64,000 nucleotides of DNA, taken from assembly GCA_022841245.1 (NCBI GenBank), contig JALHRW010000001.1:15732-79731 (forward strand). The letters run 5' to 3'. Shown here piece after piece: positions 9,699-18,671 of the stretch. The position numbers and the translations under genes are program-made. This DNA comes from Planctomycetota bacterium. Its GTDB lineage: Bacteria; Planctomycetota; UBA11346. The notes under the pieces were generated by a model. It was not told where the DNA came from. It saw only the letters and a list, made by a program, of their open reading frames with translations, and made no database searches. Position 1 is the stretch's first letter. The number at the start of each line of letters is the position of its first letter.

Positions 9699-10276
9699 GC
9701 GCGCGCTGGTCCTGCCCCTTGGGATGCCGTTGGTGGTGGTGTGCTGTCCGGCGATGGGGCTGGACAATCGCAGTCCCGGCAACCGTGGGTCGCGCAGGCC
9801 TGGCAGGCCTGCTGCAGCAGGTCGCGTAGGCCGGCTCGGGCCCGCGAACGCCGCGCATGGATGGTGTTGACCGCCACGCCATCCGCCTGGGCCAGCGCAT
9901 CCGGGTCGCCACCTTCGAGATCGATGGTACGGATCGCATCGGCCTGATCCGATGGCAGGCGGTCGACCAACGGCAGGAAGCACTGGCAGACCTCGTGCTG
10001 CTCCGCCGCCGTCGCAGCGGGCTCGATCTCCAGCGGCTGCATGTGCCGTACGCCGGTCCGATCGAGGATCGCATGGCGGACGATGCGGTAGAACCAGGCG
10101 TCGATGCGCTCGGTATCCTGGAGCTGGTCGAGGTGACCGGTCGCCCGCAGGAGTGCATCCTGGAGGATGTCGTCGACCGCATGCGGATCCGGCACCCGGC
10201 GCCGGATGAAGGCGCGGAAGCGGTCCAGATCAGCCAGCAGACCCGCCTGGGCCTCGCGCTGCGCCGGTGTCGTCAT
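9692..10276 (-). CDS. ECF sigma factor, CorE-like (Cys-rich C-terminal domain)
   Basis: Region 2 DDILQDALLRA...AWFYRIVRHAILD, linker CxC (EVCQC), region 4, C-terminal CQACATHGCRDCDC. Confidence 0.85.
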   Translation of the reverse strand: MTTPAQREAQAGLLADLDRFRAFIRRRVPDPHAVDDILQDALLRATGHLDQLQDTERIDAWFYRIVRHAILDRTGVRHMQPLEIEPAATAAEQHEVCQCFLPLVDRLPSDQADAIRTIDLEGGDPDALAQADGVAVNTIHARRSRARAGLRDLLQQACQACATHGCRDCDCPAPSPDSTPPPTASQGAGPARAQ

Positions 10277-10494
10277 GGCGTCGGCCCCAGCAGGTGGGCG
10301 TCATAGCCGGCTTCCTCGACCGCGAGGACGAAGTCTGCCGGCATGATGTCGTCCTGGTGCGTGATGCGAGCCGTGCCAGCGGCAAGATCGATCTGCACCT
10401 GGGTGACGCCGGTCACGGCGCGCAGGGCGGCATCGACGTGGTGGCGGCAACTACCGCAGGTCATGCCGGTGATGGACAGGGTGGTGGTGTGCAT
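10273..10494 (-). CDS. copZ: CopZ-like heavy-metal chaperone (HMA domain)
   Basis: ITGMTCGSC and C-terminal AVEEAGY. 4-bp overlap with the sigma gene. Confidence 0.92.
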   Translation of the reverse strand: MHTTTLSITGMTCGSCRHHVDAALRAVTGVTQVQIDLAAGTARITHQDDIMPADFVLAVEEAGYDAHLLGPTP

Positions 10495-10529
10495 GGGTGC
10501 TCCGGGCCGGTGTGGGTGTGGCCTACCTA

Positions 10530-10558
10530 TGCAGACGGGCCTCGCGGCCGATCATGAC
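10530..10558 (-). promoter_or_regulatory. putative ECF promoter GTCAT-N16-CGTC upstream of copZ and the CorE-like sigma
   Basis: Minus strand gtcatgatcggccgcgaggcccgtctgca, 22/29 identical to the element upstream of copA. Confidence 0.6.
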
Positions 10559-10665
10559 AGCCTGATCAGGTTGGGGAGCGGGAACCCACCTGAGCTGCTG
10601 CGTCCCATCCCGGCAACCAGGTCAGAAACGGGCCCGGATCGGCTCCGGGTCATCGTCTGCCATGC

Positions 10666-11793
10666 CTACCTGATGATGACGAAGCCGCCGCCTGGCCGGG
10701 GGGCGATGGCGGCGAAGGACCAAACCGGCATGCGGCCACCCTCCGCGATCCGCCCGATGGGCGCCCCGTCCGCCCCCCATACCTGCCAGCGCAGCGTACC
10801 GGCCCGGTTCCATCCGGAGCCTTCCAGCCATGCGAGGCAGACCTGGCCGAGGGTATCGACGGCGATGACCGGATGCTTGCGGTTCCTCCCCGTATCGGGG
10901 GCGTCGACGCGCTTGCCCGGGTCGCCGCCGGCCATTTCGCACCACGACACCTGTCCTTCGGTCTCCCATGCCACCCAGATCCGCTTGCCGACGCGCACGG
11001 CCGTGCAGGTCGACATCGGGCAGGTCGGCGTCTTCCATGGGCTCAGCCGCTGCCCTGCGACGGGCTCCATCCCGCCGCCGACCAGGGCTATGAACTGGTC
11101 GCGTGCGACGTTGTCGGTGGCGACCCGGATCAGGGCGAACAGCTTTCCATCGCCATCGTCGACCGCGCCCATCTCGCAGCAGGCGCACACCCCAGCCTTC
11201 CAGGACAGCAGCTTCCGTTCCGGTCCGAAGCTGGTTCCGTCGTCGTCCGAACGCCGGGCCAGGGCCACCCGTTGGGCGTCCTCGGTGGCCCCGGCCATCG
11301 CGTGCCAGAGCAGCCAGACCGTGCCGTTGGCGTCGGCCGCGATCGCTCCACCGCCATCAAGCCCGGTGCCGAGTTGGACGACATTGATCGGAGCGCTGAA
11401 ACGGCCGTCGACCAGGCGGCTGTACAGCACGGGGGTGCTGTCGTCAGGAGCGCGCGGCTGCGCCTTGGCCGATCCTGGCCACAGCACATGTGGCCGCTCC
11501 TTGGCGCCGAGGGCGATCTGCACGCCACGGACCATGCCGAGTGCAACCGCAGAACCGGGTCCAGCGTCGACTCGCAGGGGTGAGTTCCAGGCATCAGCGG
11601 CAGGCTTGCGGGATGCATACCACACCTCGCTGGCGGCCGAATCGCCTTTCAGCCACGCCGCGTGCACCGTGCCATCGGAGGCCACGGCAACACGCGGTTG
11701 CACTCCACCTGGTGGGAGAGACCAGGTTACGACCGTCTCGGCTGCGCCGGCGACGAAGCAGCACAGGCAGAGAAGCATCGGTTTCAGCGGCAT
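10666..11793 (-). CDS. secreted BNR/Asp-box beta-propeller (sialidase-like) protein with CACC and CPM motifs
   Basis: Signal peptide, Asp-box SDDDGTSF, GVCACC, TCPMS, repeated H/QP.(V/I)AV..DG.V..AW blades. Alternative start 11811. Confidence 0.75.
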   Translation of the reverse strand: MPLKPMLLCLCCFVAGAAETVVTWSLPPGGVQPRVAVASDGTVHAAWLKGDSAASEVWYASRKPAADAWNSPLRVDAGPGSAVALGMVRGVQIALGAKERPHVLWPGSAKAQPRAPDDSTPVLYSRLVDGRFSAPINVVQLGTGLDGGGAIAADANGTVWLLWHAMAGATEDAQRVALARRSDDDGTSFGPERKLLSWKAGVCACCEMGAVDDGDGKLFALIRVATDNVARDQFIALVGGGMEPVAGQRLSPWKTPTCPMSTCTAVRVGKRIWVAWETEGQVSWCEMAGGDPGKRVDAPDTGRNRKHPVIAVDTLGQVCLAWLEGSGWNRAGTLRWQVWGADGAPIGRIAEGGRMPVWSFAAIAPRPGGGFVIIR

Positions 11794-11942
11794 GGGTACT
11801 CCATCCTCCATATGTCCGGGCCGACTGGCAGGATCCCATCAATCATGCCATCGGCCATGCCGCTGTATAGCCATGTTGAGGCATACCTGAGGCACGATCC
11901 GGCCGCCCCGGTCGCCGAAACGTCCTGGGTGGCAGAAACTCC

Positions 11943-11971
11943 GTCATCATCAGGCGTCGGGCCCGTCAGCA
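11943..11971 (+). promoter_or_regulatory. putative ECF promoter GTCAT-N16-CGTC upstream of copA
   Basis: gtcatcatcaggcgtcgggcccgtcagca, ending 15 nt before the copA ATG and matching the copZ element. Confidence 0.6.
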
Positions 11972-11985
11972 GGATCGAGGAACCT

Positions 11986-14235
11986 ATGACCCCGTCGACC
12001 ACCGAGACCACCGTGTCCATCACCGGCATGACCTGTGCCGCCTGCGTCCGCCGGGTCACTACGGCACTGCAGGGCGTTCCCGGCATCCAGACGGCGGCCG
12101 TGGATCTGATCACCCGGCAGGCCCGGGTGACGACCGCGGCTTCGGCGCACGACGCCGTCGCGCTGGCTGTGGGCCGGATCCGGGATCTGGGCTATGGCGC
12201 CGAAGCGGTCACGGCCCGTGATGCCGGCGCCGTCCACGAACGTGCGGCGCAGACCGAATCGCGGGATCTGGCACGGGCGGCGATCCAGGCTGCCATCCTG
12301 ACGGCGCCGGTGGTGATCCTGGCCATGAGTCATGGTCTCCTGCCAGGGACGGGCAGCTGGTGGGACGCCCCCGTGCAGATCCTGCTGACCACGGCGGTCA
12401 TGTTCGGACCGGGCAGGAGCATCCTGCTGGCTGCCTGGCGGGGCGCCCGCCATCGCAGCATGGACATGAACACGCTCGTGACTTTGGGCGTCCTGGCCGC
12501 CTGGGGCAGTTCCGTCGTCAGCTGGGCACAGTTCGTCCTGGTCGGAGGCCACCACCTCGAGCTCTACGCCGAAGCCGCCGCGGTCATCCTCACCGCGGTC
12601 CTCACCGGGCGTTGGTTGGAGGTCGGCGCCCGGCGCCGGCTGGCCGATGCCGTGGCCGGATTGGCGGCCTTGCAGCCCGACCACGCCGAACGCTTGGTTG
12701 ACGGTGTTCCCGAGACGGTGCCCGCGGCCGAACTGGCAACAGGTGATGTGCTGCGGGTGCGCCCTGGGGATCGCTTCCCGACCGACGGCGTCATCATCAC
12801 CGGGCGCACGCTGATCGATGCCGCCCTGGTCACGGGCGAGAGCCTGCCGGCCGAGGCGCAGCCGGGCGACACGGTGCAGGCGGGCACCTTGAACCGTACC
12901 GGCATGGTCACCGTGCGCGCCACGGCCGTCGGTGCGGAGGCGACGATCGGCCGGATCGTGGCGGCGGTGGCGTCGGCGCAGACCGGGCGGGCTCCGATCG
13001 CGCGGATGGCGGATCGCATCAGCGCCATCTTCGTCCCCATCGTCCTCGGCATCGCGGTGTTGACGGTCCTGGGCTGGGTGCTTGCCGTGCCCGGCATGGA
13101 GGGGTTCCGTGTCGGCATCAGCCACGCCGTCGCCGTCCTGGTCATCGCCTGCCCCTGCGCGCTCGGCCTGGCGACTCCGGCCGCCATCAGCGTCGGGATC
13201 GCCCGGGCGGCCCAGCTCGGCATCCTCATGCGGGGCGGGGCGGCGATCGAGACGGCCAGCCGCATCACGACCGTGCTGCTCGACAAGACCGGGACGCTGA
13301 CCACGGGTGAACCGCGCCTCGTGGACATCGTACCCCAGCCAGGCGTGAGCGAGGAGCGGTTGCTCCACGCCGCCGCCCTGGTCGAGGTCGGCAGTGAGCA
13401 TCCGCTGGGTCGGGCCGTGGTACGCGCCGCGCAGGACCGGGGCCTAGATCTGCGCGCTGCGCCGACGTCCACCGTCGTGCCTGGCCACGGTCTGAGCGCC
13501 CAGGTGGACGGCAGAACGGTCGCCATCGGCACGACCGCCTGGCTGCAGGGCCTGGGCGTAGCGGTCGACGCCGTGGCGTCTGATGCCGAGCGCCTCGGTC
13601 AGGCAGGTCGGACCCCGCTCATCGTCGCCATCGACGGTGTCGCTGCCGGTATCCTGGGCGTCCTGGATACACCGACGCCTGCTGCCCGGCAGGCGGTATC
13701 AGATCTGCTGACCCTGGGAATCAATGTGGCCATGGTCACCGGCGACCGTGCTGCCGTTGCCGAGGCCGTGGCCCGGGATCTGGGCATCACCACCGTGCAC
13801 GCCCAGACGACCCCCGAGCGCAAGGCTGCGCTGGTGACCGAGGCGCAAGCGCGTGGTCGCGTCGTCGCCATGGTCGGTGATGGCCTCAACGATGCACCGG
13901 CTGTCGCCGGAGCGGACCTGGGCATCGCCATGGGCAGCGGCACCCAGGTGGCGCAGGCCGCAGCGGATGTGGTGCTGGCGCACGGCGGCATCGCCGCGCT
14001 GCCGACCGCGCTGCACATCGCCCGCGCCACGACCCGTGCCATCCGGCAGAACCTGGTGTGGGCGTTCGCCTTCAACCTCCTGGGTATTCCGATCGCCGCC
14101 GGCGTCCTCGTCCCCGTCACCGGCTGGTCCTTGAGCCCGATGATCGCGAGCGCGGCGATGGCCCTCTCCAGCACCATGGTATTGCTCAATGCCGGACGTC
14201 TGCGCTTCGCGCTTCGACGCAGGACGATGGGCTGA
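11986..14235 (+). CDS. copA: P1B-type heavy-metal (copper) translocating ATPase
   Basis: N-terminal GMTCAAC, TGES, ACPCALGLATP, DKTGT, SEHPL, GDGLND, MALSS. Start set at ATG 11986 after GAGGA. Confidence 0.95.
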   Translation: MTPSTTETTVSITGMTCAACVRRVTTALQGVPGIQTAAVDLITRQARVTTAASAHDAVALAVGRIRDLGYGAEAVTARDAGAVHERAAQTESRDLARAAIQAAILTAPVVILAMSHGLLPGTGSWWDAPVQILLTTAVMFGPGRSILLAAWRGARHRSMDMNTLVTLGVLAAWGSSVVSWAQFVLVGGHHLELYAEAAAVILTAVLTGRWLEVGARRRLADAVAGLAALQPDHAERLVDGVPETVPAAELATGDVLRVRPGDRFPTDGVIITGRTLIDAALVTGESLPAEAQPGDTVQAGTLNRTGMVTVRATAVGAEATIGRIVAAVASAQTGRAPIARMADRISAIFVPIVLGIAVLTVLGWVLAVPGMEGFRVGISHAVAVLVIACPCALGLATPAAISVGIARAAQLGILMRGGAAIETASRITTVLLDKTGTLTTGEPRLVDIVPQPGVSEERLLHAAALVEVGSEHPLGRAVVRAAQDRGLDLRAAPTSTVVPGHGLSAQVDGRTVAIGTTAWLQGLGVAVDAVASDAERLGQAGRTPLIVAIDGVAAGILGVLDTPTPAARQAVSDLLTLGINVAMVTGDRAAVAEAVARDLGITTVHAQTTPERKAALVTEAQARGRVVAMVGDGLNDAPAVAGADLGIAMGSGTQVAQAAADVVLAHGGIAALPTALHIARATTRAIRQNLVWAFAFNLLGIPIAAGVLVPVTGWSLSPMIASAAMALSSTMVLLNAGRLRFALRRRTMG

Positions 14236-14248
14236 GCCTCGAGCCCCG

Positions 14249-14956
14249 CTAGCCGTGGGCGATGGCGGCAAGCAGCACCTCGCAGGCGGCAGCCGGATCC
14301 TCGCCGTCTCCGAGTTCACCGACCAGGCGCAGGCGCTCGGCAATGGCCTCCTGGAGGGCGGTGCGGGCATGCGCACACCGCCGATGGCAGGTGGCCACGG
14401 GCATGCCGATGTCGGCGGCGATATCGCGGAGGGCGTGACCATCGACCAGATTGCGCACCAGGATCTGCAACGCATCCGGGGGCAGGCGTCCACCGCTGAC
14501 CAGGGCACGTACATCATCGAGCGCACCCTGCATCACGCCCACCGCCCAGGCCCGGTCCATGGCCGCCTGCTCGGGTGCCGGGACGGTGGCGCTCAGCAAC
14601 TCGACGCGAGCGACGCCCTCTCCGTCGGGGTCGTGCGCTTCGGGTGCGGCGTGGTCCCGGCGTCGGTGGTGCCGGAGCGCGTTGAGCGCACCCAACCACG
14701 CCAGGTTCATGAGATAGTAGCGGAACCTGCTCCCCTGACCGGGCTGCGCCTTGGCCAGGACATCGGGCTTGGAGAGGAGGTCGACCAGCACCTCCTGCAC
14801 GATGTCGTCGACCCGCTCGACCCGCTCGCCGACCAGGCGCGTGTGGAGATACGCGCCAATCGCATCAGCGTACATGCCGATCAGCGTGCCGACCTGATGC
14901 GGCTGCCCGGGCAGCGTGGCAATGAGGCTCCAGCGGGTATTGGGGAAGGCGTACAT
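14249..14956 (-). CDS. ECF sigma factor, PVC kinase-associated type
   Basis: FPNTRWSLI N-terminus, DDIVQEVLV, GSRFRYYL, DRAWA, HTH LRDIAADIGMPVAT. Start set at MYAFPNT. Confidence 0.8.
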   Translation of the reverse strand: MYAFPNTRWSLIATLPGQPHQVGTLIGMYADAIGAYLHTRLVGERVERVDDIVQEVLVDLLSKPDVLAKAQPGQGSRFRYYLMNLAWLGALNALRHHRRRDHAAPEAHDPDGEGVARVELLSATVPAPEQAAMDRAWAVGVMQGALDDVRALVSGGRLPPDALQILVRNLVDGHALRDIAADIGMPVATCHRRCAHARTALQEAIAERLRLVGELGDGEDPAAACEVLLAAIAHG

Positions 14957-15105
14957 GGAAGCAGTGTGTCCGCGTGTTTTCCGGTGCCAGCCCCCCGGCA
15001 GCATGACCAGGGTCCGTCTGCTGCCGTAATCCAAGGCGGTGGTGCGCCTTCAGGATGTCGTGCGGTTGCCGCCCGCCTGCATCGGCCTCTGCGGCGGCTG
15101 GTGCG

Positions 15106-15405
15106 TCAGCCTCCGGTATGCTCAGGAATGATGACGTGCGACGACTTCACGTCCTTCATGTATTTGCTCGGCATGTCCTCGAACTTCACCTGGCACTTCG
15201 GACAGCAGAACTTGACCTCGTAGCCCTCCCGGACAACGGTGGTGACCGGGCCCATACTGCCCAGCTTTTCGCCGCCAACGACGCACGTATCGAGGATGTA
15301 GGGTTTGGGAGCGCTGCTGCTGTGACGGTTGTTATCCTGGCAACCGGCGAGGGCGAGACCGCCCGTGGCTGCGAGGATCAGGATGCATGTGGGCAGATGT
15401 TTCAT
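15106..15405 (-). CDS. YHS/TRASH-like Cys-rich lipoprotein
   Basis: Lipobox LAGC, YILDTCVVGGEKLGSMG...EVKFCCPKCQVKFEDMPSKYM. Paralog of the gene at 2-160. Confidence 0.82.
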   Translation of the reverse strand: MKHLPTCILILAATGGLALAGCQDNNRHSSSAPKPYILDTCVVGGEKLGSMGPVTTVVREGYEVKFCCPKCQVKFEDMPSKYMKDVKSSHVIIPEHTGG

Positions 15406-15776
15406 GGTGTGTTCCAGATAGGAGTCTGAGGTCGGACCATGCGGAACATGCAGGCCGAACCTTTTCACGCCATGGGGGGTACACCCTAATAGACAGTTTT
15501 CTCCCGGTGACGCCCGACGAGCCTTTCTTGCACGCACCCTCGTTGAGGCGCCTTCCCTGGCGATCAATATCCAGGTCTATCGCTACCTTGCTACGGAAGC
15601 AGGCTCGATCGGCCCGGCACGCGGAAGCCATGGGACAGAACGTCATCAGCATGGAGTTTGTCTCATGCTGATCCGCTCAACTCGGGGTGGGACAACAGCG
15701 GCGCTCGCAACGTATTCTGAATGAAGAGCAGCATCCGCTCCCCATCCCCACAAACCGCTCAATCCCGGAGTCAGCC

Positions 15777-16235
15777 ATGCGCCTCGCCATCATTCCCGCC
15801 CTCATCCTCCTCGCCTCCGCCGCCGCCGCGGCGACCGCTGACCCGGCTCCCGCTGCCAGCGCCTGCTGCGCTGCCCCGTCCGCCGCCTCGGCCACTGCTG
15901 CCGAGCGGCCCTGGTATATCGGCCCCAAGGGCGGTGACGTCCGCAAGGGCCATAACGGCACCGTCGATGCCTCGGCCGCTGCGACGACCCCGGTGGCCAC
16001 TGCCGCCGCCGAGCGCCCCTGGTACATCGGCCCCAAGGGGGGTGACGTACGGAAGGGCTCGAACGCGGCCCTCGCCCAAGATGCCGTCACCGTTGATGCT
16101 GCGCCTGCCCACTGCAGCCGCTTCGTGGCCCCGGCGGTCGGTCCCAAGGGCGGCATCCTGGTGAGCAAAGGCCAGTCACCGGCGTCCGTGCTCACTGCCG
16201 CTGAAGCGGCCTGCCAATCGCTGTGCAACCGCTGA
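15777..16235 (+). CDS. secreted Ala-rich protein with GPKGG repeats
   Basis: GGAG upstream, signal peptide MRLAIIPALILLASAAAA, two copies of AAERPWYIGPKGGDVRKG plus a degenerate third, scattered Cys. Confidence 0.7.
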   Translation: MRLAIIPALILLASAAAAATADPAPAASACCAAPSAASATAAERPWYIGPKGGDVRKGHNGTVDASAAATTPVATAAAERPWYIGPKGGDVRKGSNAALAQDAVTVDAAPAHCSRFVAPAVGPKGGILVSKGQSPASVLTAAEAACQSLCNR

Positions 16236-16432
16236 GCAGCCGCCAGAGACCAGTGCACGCCAGCGCCGGGTGGCCCGACAGCCATCCGGCGCGGCTGGCG
16301 TTGTGGCGCAGGCCGGAAGCACCCGGCCCATCGGGCGGAGACGGTGCGCCAGACATGCACCACGGTGAGCGACCGCCGCTCTCACCACTGCCTGGTATTG
16401 AGGCCTGACCACCACTATGTCGCGGGTTGCTT

Positions 16433-16453
16433 CTATACCCATGGGGGGTATAG
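16433..16453 (+). promoter_or_regulatory. CsoR/RcnR-family operator overlapping a sigma70-like promoter
   Basis: CTATACCC-atggg-GGGTATAG inverted repeat with G-tract, lying across TTGCTT (16427)-N16-TATAGT (16449), 6 nt before the rcnR ATG. Confidence 0.85.
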
Positions 16454-16459
16454 TACAGC

Positions 16460-16741
16460 ATGCCGCACACCCAGCATGACCGTCGCAAGCTCCTCGCCCG
16501 CGTGACCCGCATCCAGGGCCAGATCGCTGCCGTGGCGAAGCTCCTGGAGCACGACCATGCGGATTGCGCTGCGGTCCTCCAGACCATTGCGGCCACACGA
16601 GGGGCACTGAACTCGTTGATGGCTGAAGTCATGGCCGGCCACATCCGCGAGCATGTCATCCCCGCCGATGCCAAGGCGACACCGGAGCAGGCCGATGCCG
16701 CCGAGCAGGTGATCGACATCATCAACAGCTACCTGAGGTAA
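16460..16741 (+). CDS. rcnR: RcnR/CsoR-family metal-sensing repressor
   Basis: MPHT (His3), RVTRIQGQI, DCAAVLQTIAATRGAL, GHIREH give the H-C-H-H fingerprint of RcnR. Adjacent to rcnA. Confidence 0.9.
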   Translation: MPHTQHDRRKLLARVTRIQGQIAAVAKLLEHDHADCAAVLQTIAATRGALNSLMAEVMAGHIREHVIPADAKATPEQADAAEQVIDIINSYLR

Positions 16742-16745
16742 GGCC

Positions 16746-17870
16746 ATGAGCATCACTGCCATTTCCCTGTCCTACCTGCCGATCGCCGTCGGCCTTGGCG
16801 CCCTGCACGCCCTCGAACCGGGGCACGCCAAGACCATGACCGCCGCCTATCTGGTCGGCATCCACGGCCGTTGGACGGACGCGGTGCTGCTCGGCCTGGC
16901 GGCGGCGCTGACCCACAGCCTGGTGGTCATCGGCATCGCGGTGACGGCCCTGTACATCGGGCGTGAAGCCTTTGCTGGCGATGCGATCTGGTGGTTGCAG
17001 ATCGGCAGTGGCGTCGTGGTCATGCTGCTCGGGAGTTGGATGCTGTGGCGGCGTCTGCGCCCGCAGGCCCGTGCCGCGCATCATCATGAGGCTGCGGCAC
17101 CCGTCATCGCCACCGGGCCACAGCATCGCTGCGAGGTCAGCATCACCGGTGAGTTCCCGAACGAGCGCATGGTCCTGTTGTTCGCCACCGCCCCGCCCGG
17201 CGCCATAAGCGCAGCGATCACGCGTCCCGGCGGGAAGATCGAACGTCTGACCTTCGTGGTCGATGCGGCACAACCATTGCGCTTCGTCAGCGCTGAGACG
17301 CCCCAGGAGCCACACGAGTTCGCTGCCGTGATCGAACTGGCCGGTGGGGAGCGCCTGCCCTTCGCCATGACCGAACCCGAGGACCACGGCCATGACCACC
17401 TCGATGACGTCGCCCACGCCAAGGCCCACGCCGAGCAGATGCCGAGCTACGTCGGCACCGGGACGCGCCCGACCTGGTGGCAGGTGGTGGCCTTCGGCGC
17501 CGCCGGCGGTCTGGTGCCCTGTCCGGCATCCATCAGCGTCATGCTCCTGGCGCTCTCGGTTGGCAGCACGGTGAGCGGCCTCGTCCTGGTCTTCGGTTTC
17601 AGCCTGGGGTTGGCATTAGCGCTGGTCGGCGTCGGCCTCGTCGTGGTCGCGGGCATGCATCACCTCGGCAGGAGCGGACGGTTCGCCGGCCGTGAGGTCG
17701 AGTTTGCCGACGTTGATCCAGCCGATGGCGCGCAGGTCGCCACCCTCGGTCAGGCCCATGCGTTCGCGGGGTGCGGACAGGTCGATCGCCACCGGAGCGC
17801 CGCCATCCAGGCTGTAGGACAGGACGGACTCGTCCGGATTGCAGCGCACCCACCAAGTATACGGGGCTGA
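16746..17870 (+). pseudogene. rcnA: nickel/cobalt efflux transporter RcnA, apparently truncated near 17690 and reading on into foreign sequence
   Basis: GALHALEPGHAKT, His-rich loop, GGLVPCPAS. After GMHHLGRSGRFAG the frame becomes the antisense of another gene and the expected last TM helix is absent. Confidence 0.75.
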
Positions 17871-18671
17871 CTGCTTCACCGCGAAGCGGTACTCGGCCTC
17901 GGCCGGTTTGGGTCCGTAGTGCGATAGCCAGTCCTTGTTGAACAGCAGGTCGCGGCCGACGCTGTCGTACCAGTAGTGGCGCGCGCAGGTGTGGCGGCTG
18001 GGCGACTCGCCCTCCAGCCACACGAAGTCGCCCTTGCCCGGCACAGTGACGCTGGTGACCGCGAATGGGGGGAAGGCCGATGCGGCCACCACCGTGCTCG
18101 GATCCGCGACCAGGCCGTCCGGCTGCACGACGCCGGCCGGCTTCCACGCCGAGTCGGTCAGCAGCACGCAGTCGATGCCGCCTGCGTTCTTCAGCGCCGA
18201 ATCGACGATCAGACGCAGGAGGTGCTCGCCGGCCGCCAGCTGCACCGGGGCGAGATGCACCCATCCCAGCGTCCGCTGGCTTGCCAGGGGCAGGGGCGCG
18301 ATGGCGCCAGCGAGGTCGAGGCGCACCAGTTCGCCGCCGTCAAAGGCGTAGCGGTACGATGAATTCGGCAGATTGCAGCGGATCCAGGCGTGGTAGGCGC
18401 CGGGCTTGGCGAGGGTGAAGCGCAGCTCCGACTGGCCGACAGCATCGCCGCTGTGGCACAGCCAGTTGCCGCCCGACAGGTCGTTGCGCGGGACGTTGTC
18501 GTAGAAGCGGTCGCGGTTGAAGTTGTGGCGGGCCTGCTCGCCCTCCATCCACACCACCTCGCCGGATCCAGGCACGGTGCTCGAGGCTGTCGCCGTGGGC
18601 TTCGGCGCCTCGCCCGCGGCGACGAGGCCGAACAGGGTCAGGCTGAGCAGGGTGCGGCTGATATGGGTCAT
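17616..18671 (-). pseudogene. 5' part of a large secreted (probably carbohydrate-active) protein, truncated near 17682
   Basis: Signal peptide and two tandem W(M/L)EGE...WL.H..W.RCN...GW...L.AGE domains. The second breaks off at LDLTAGE, where rcnA antisense begins. Resembles the N-terminus of 48210-53426. Confidence 0.7.

Noticed and set aside
11662-11985. N-terminal extensions given by the ORF track for copA and for the ORFs listed as 25917, 27386, 22945, 23346, 38447 and 61265
   Set aside because: They overlap neighbouring genes or lack coding character. Downstream starts have an RBS, translational coupling or a signal peptide.
15890-16060. CRISPR-like repeats (also considered for 30955-31150)
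   Set aside because: The repeats are in-frame coding repeats with no unique spacers, and there are no cas genes.
16263-16292. GC-rich hairpin after the GPKGG-repeat gene
   Set aside because: No U-tract, and such stems are common by chance at this GC content.
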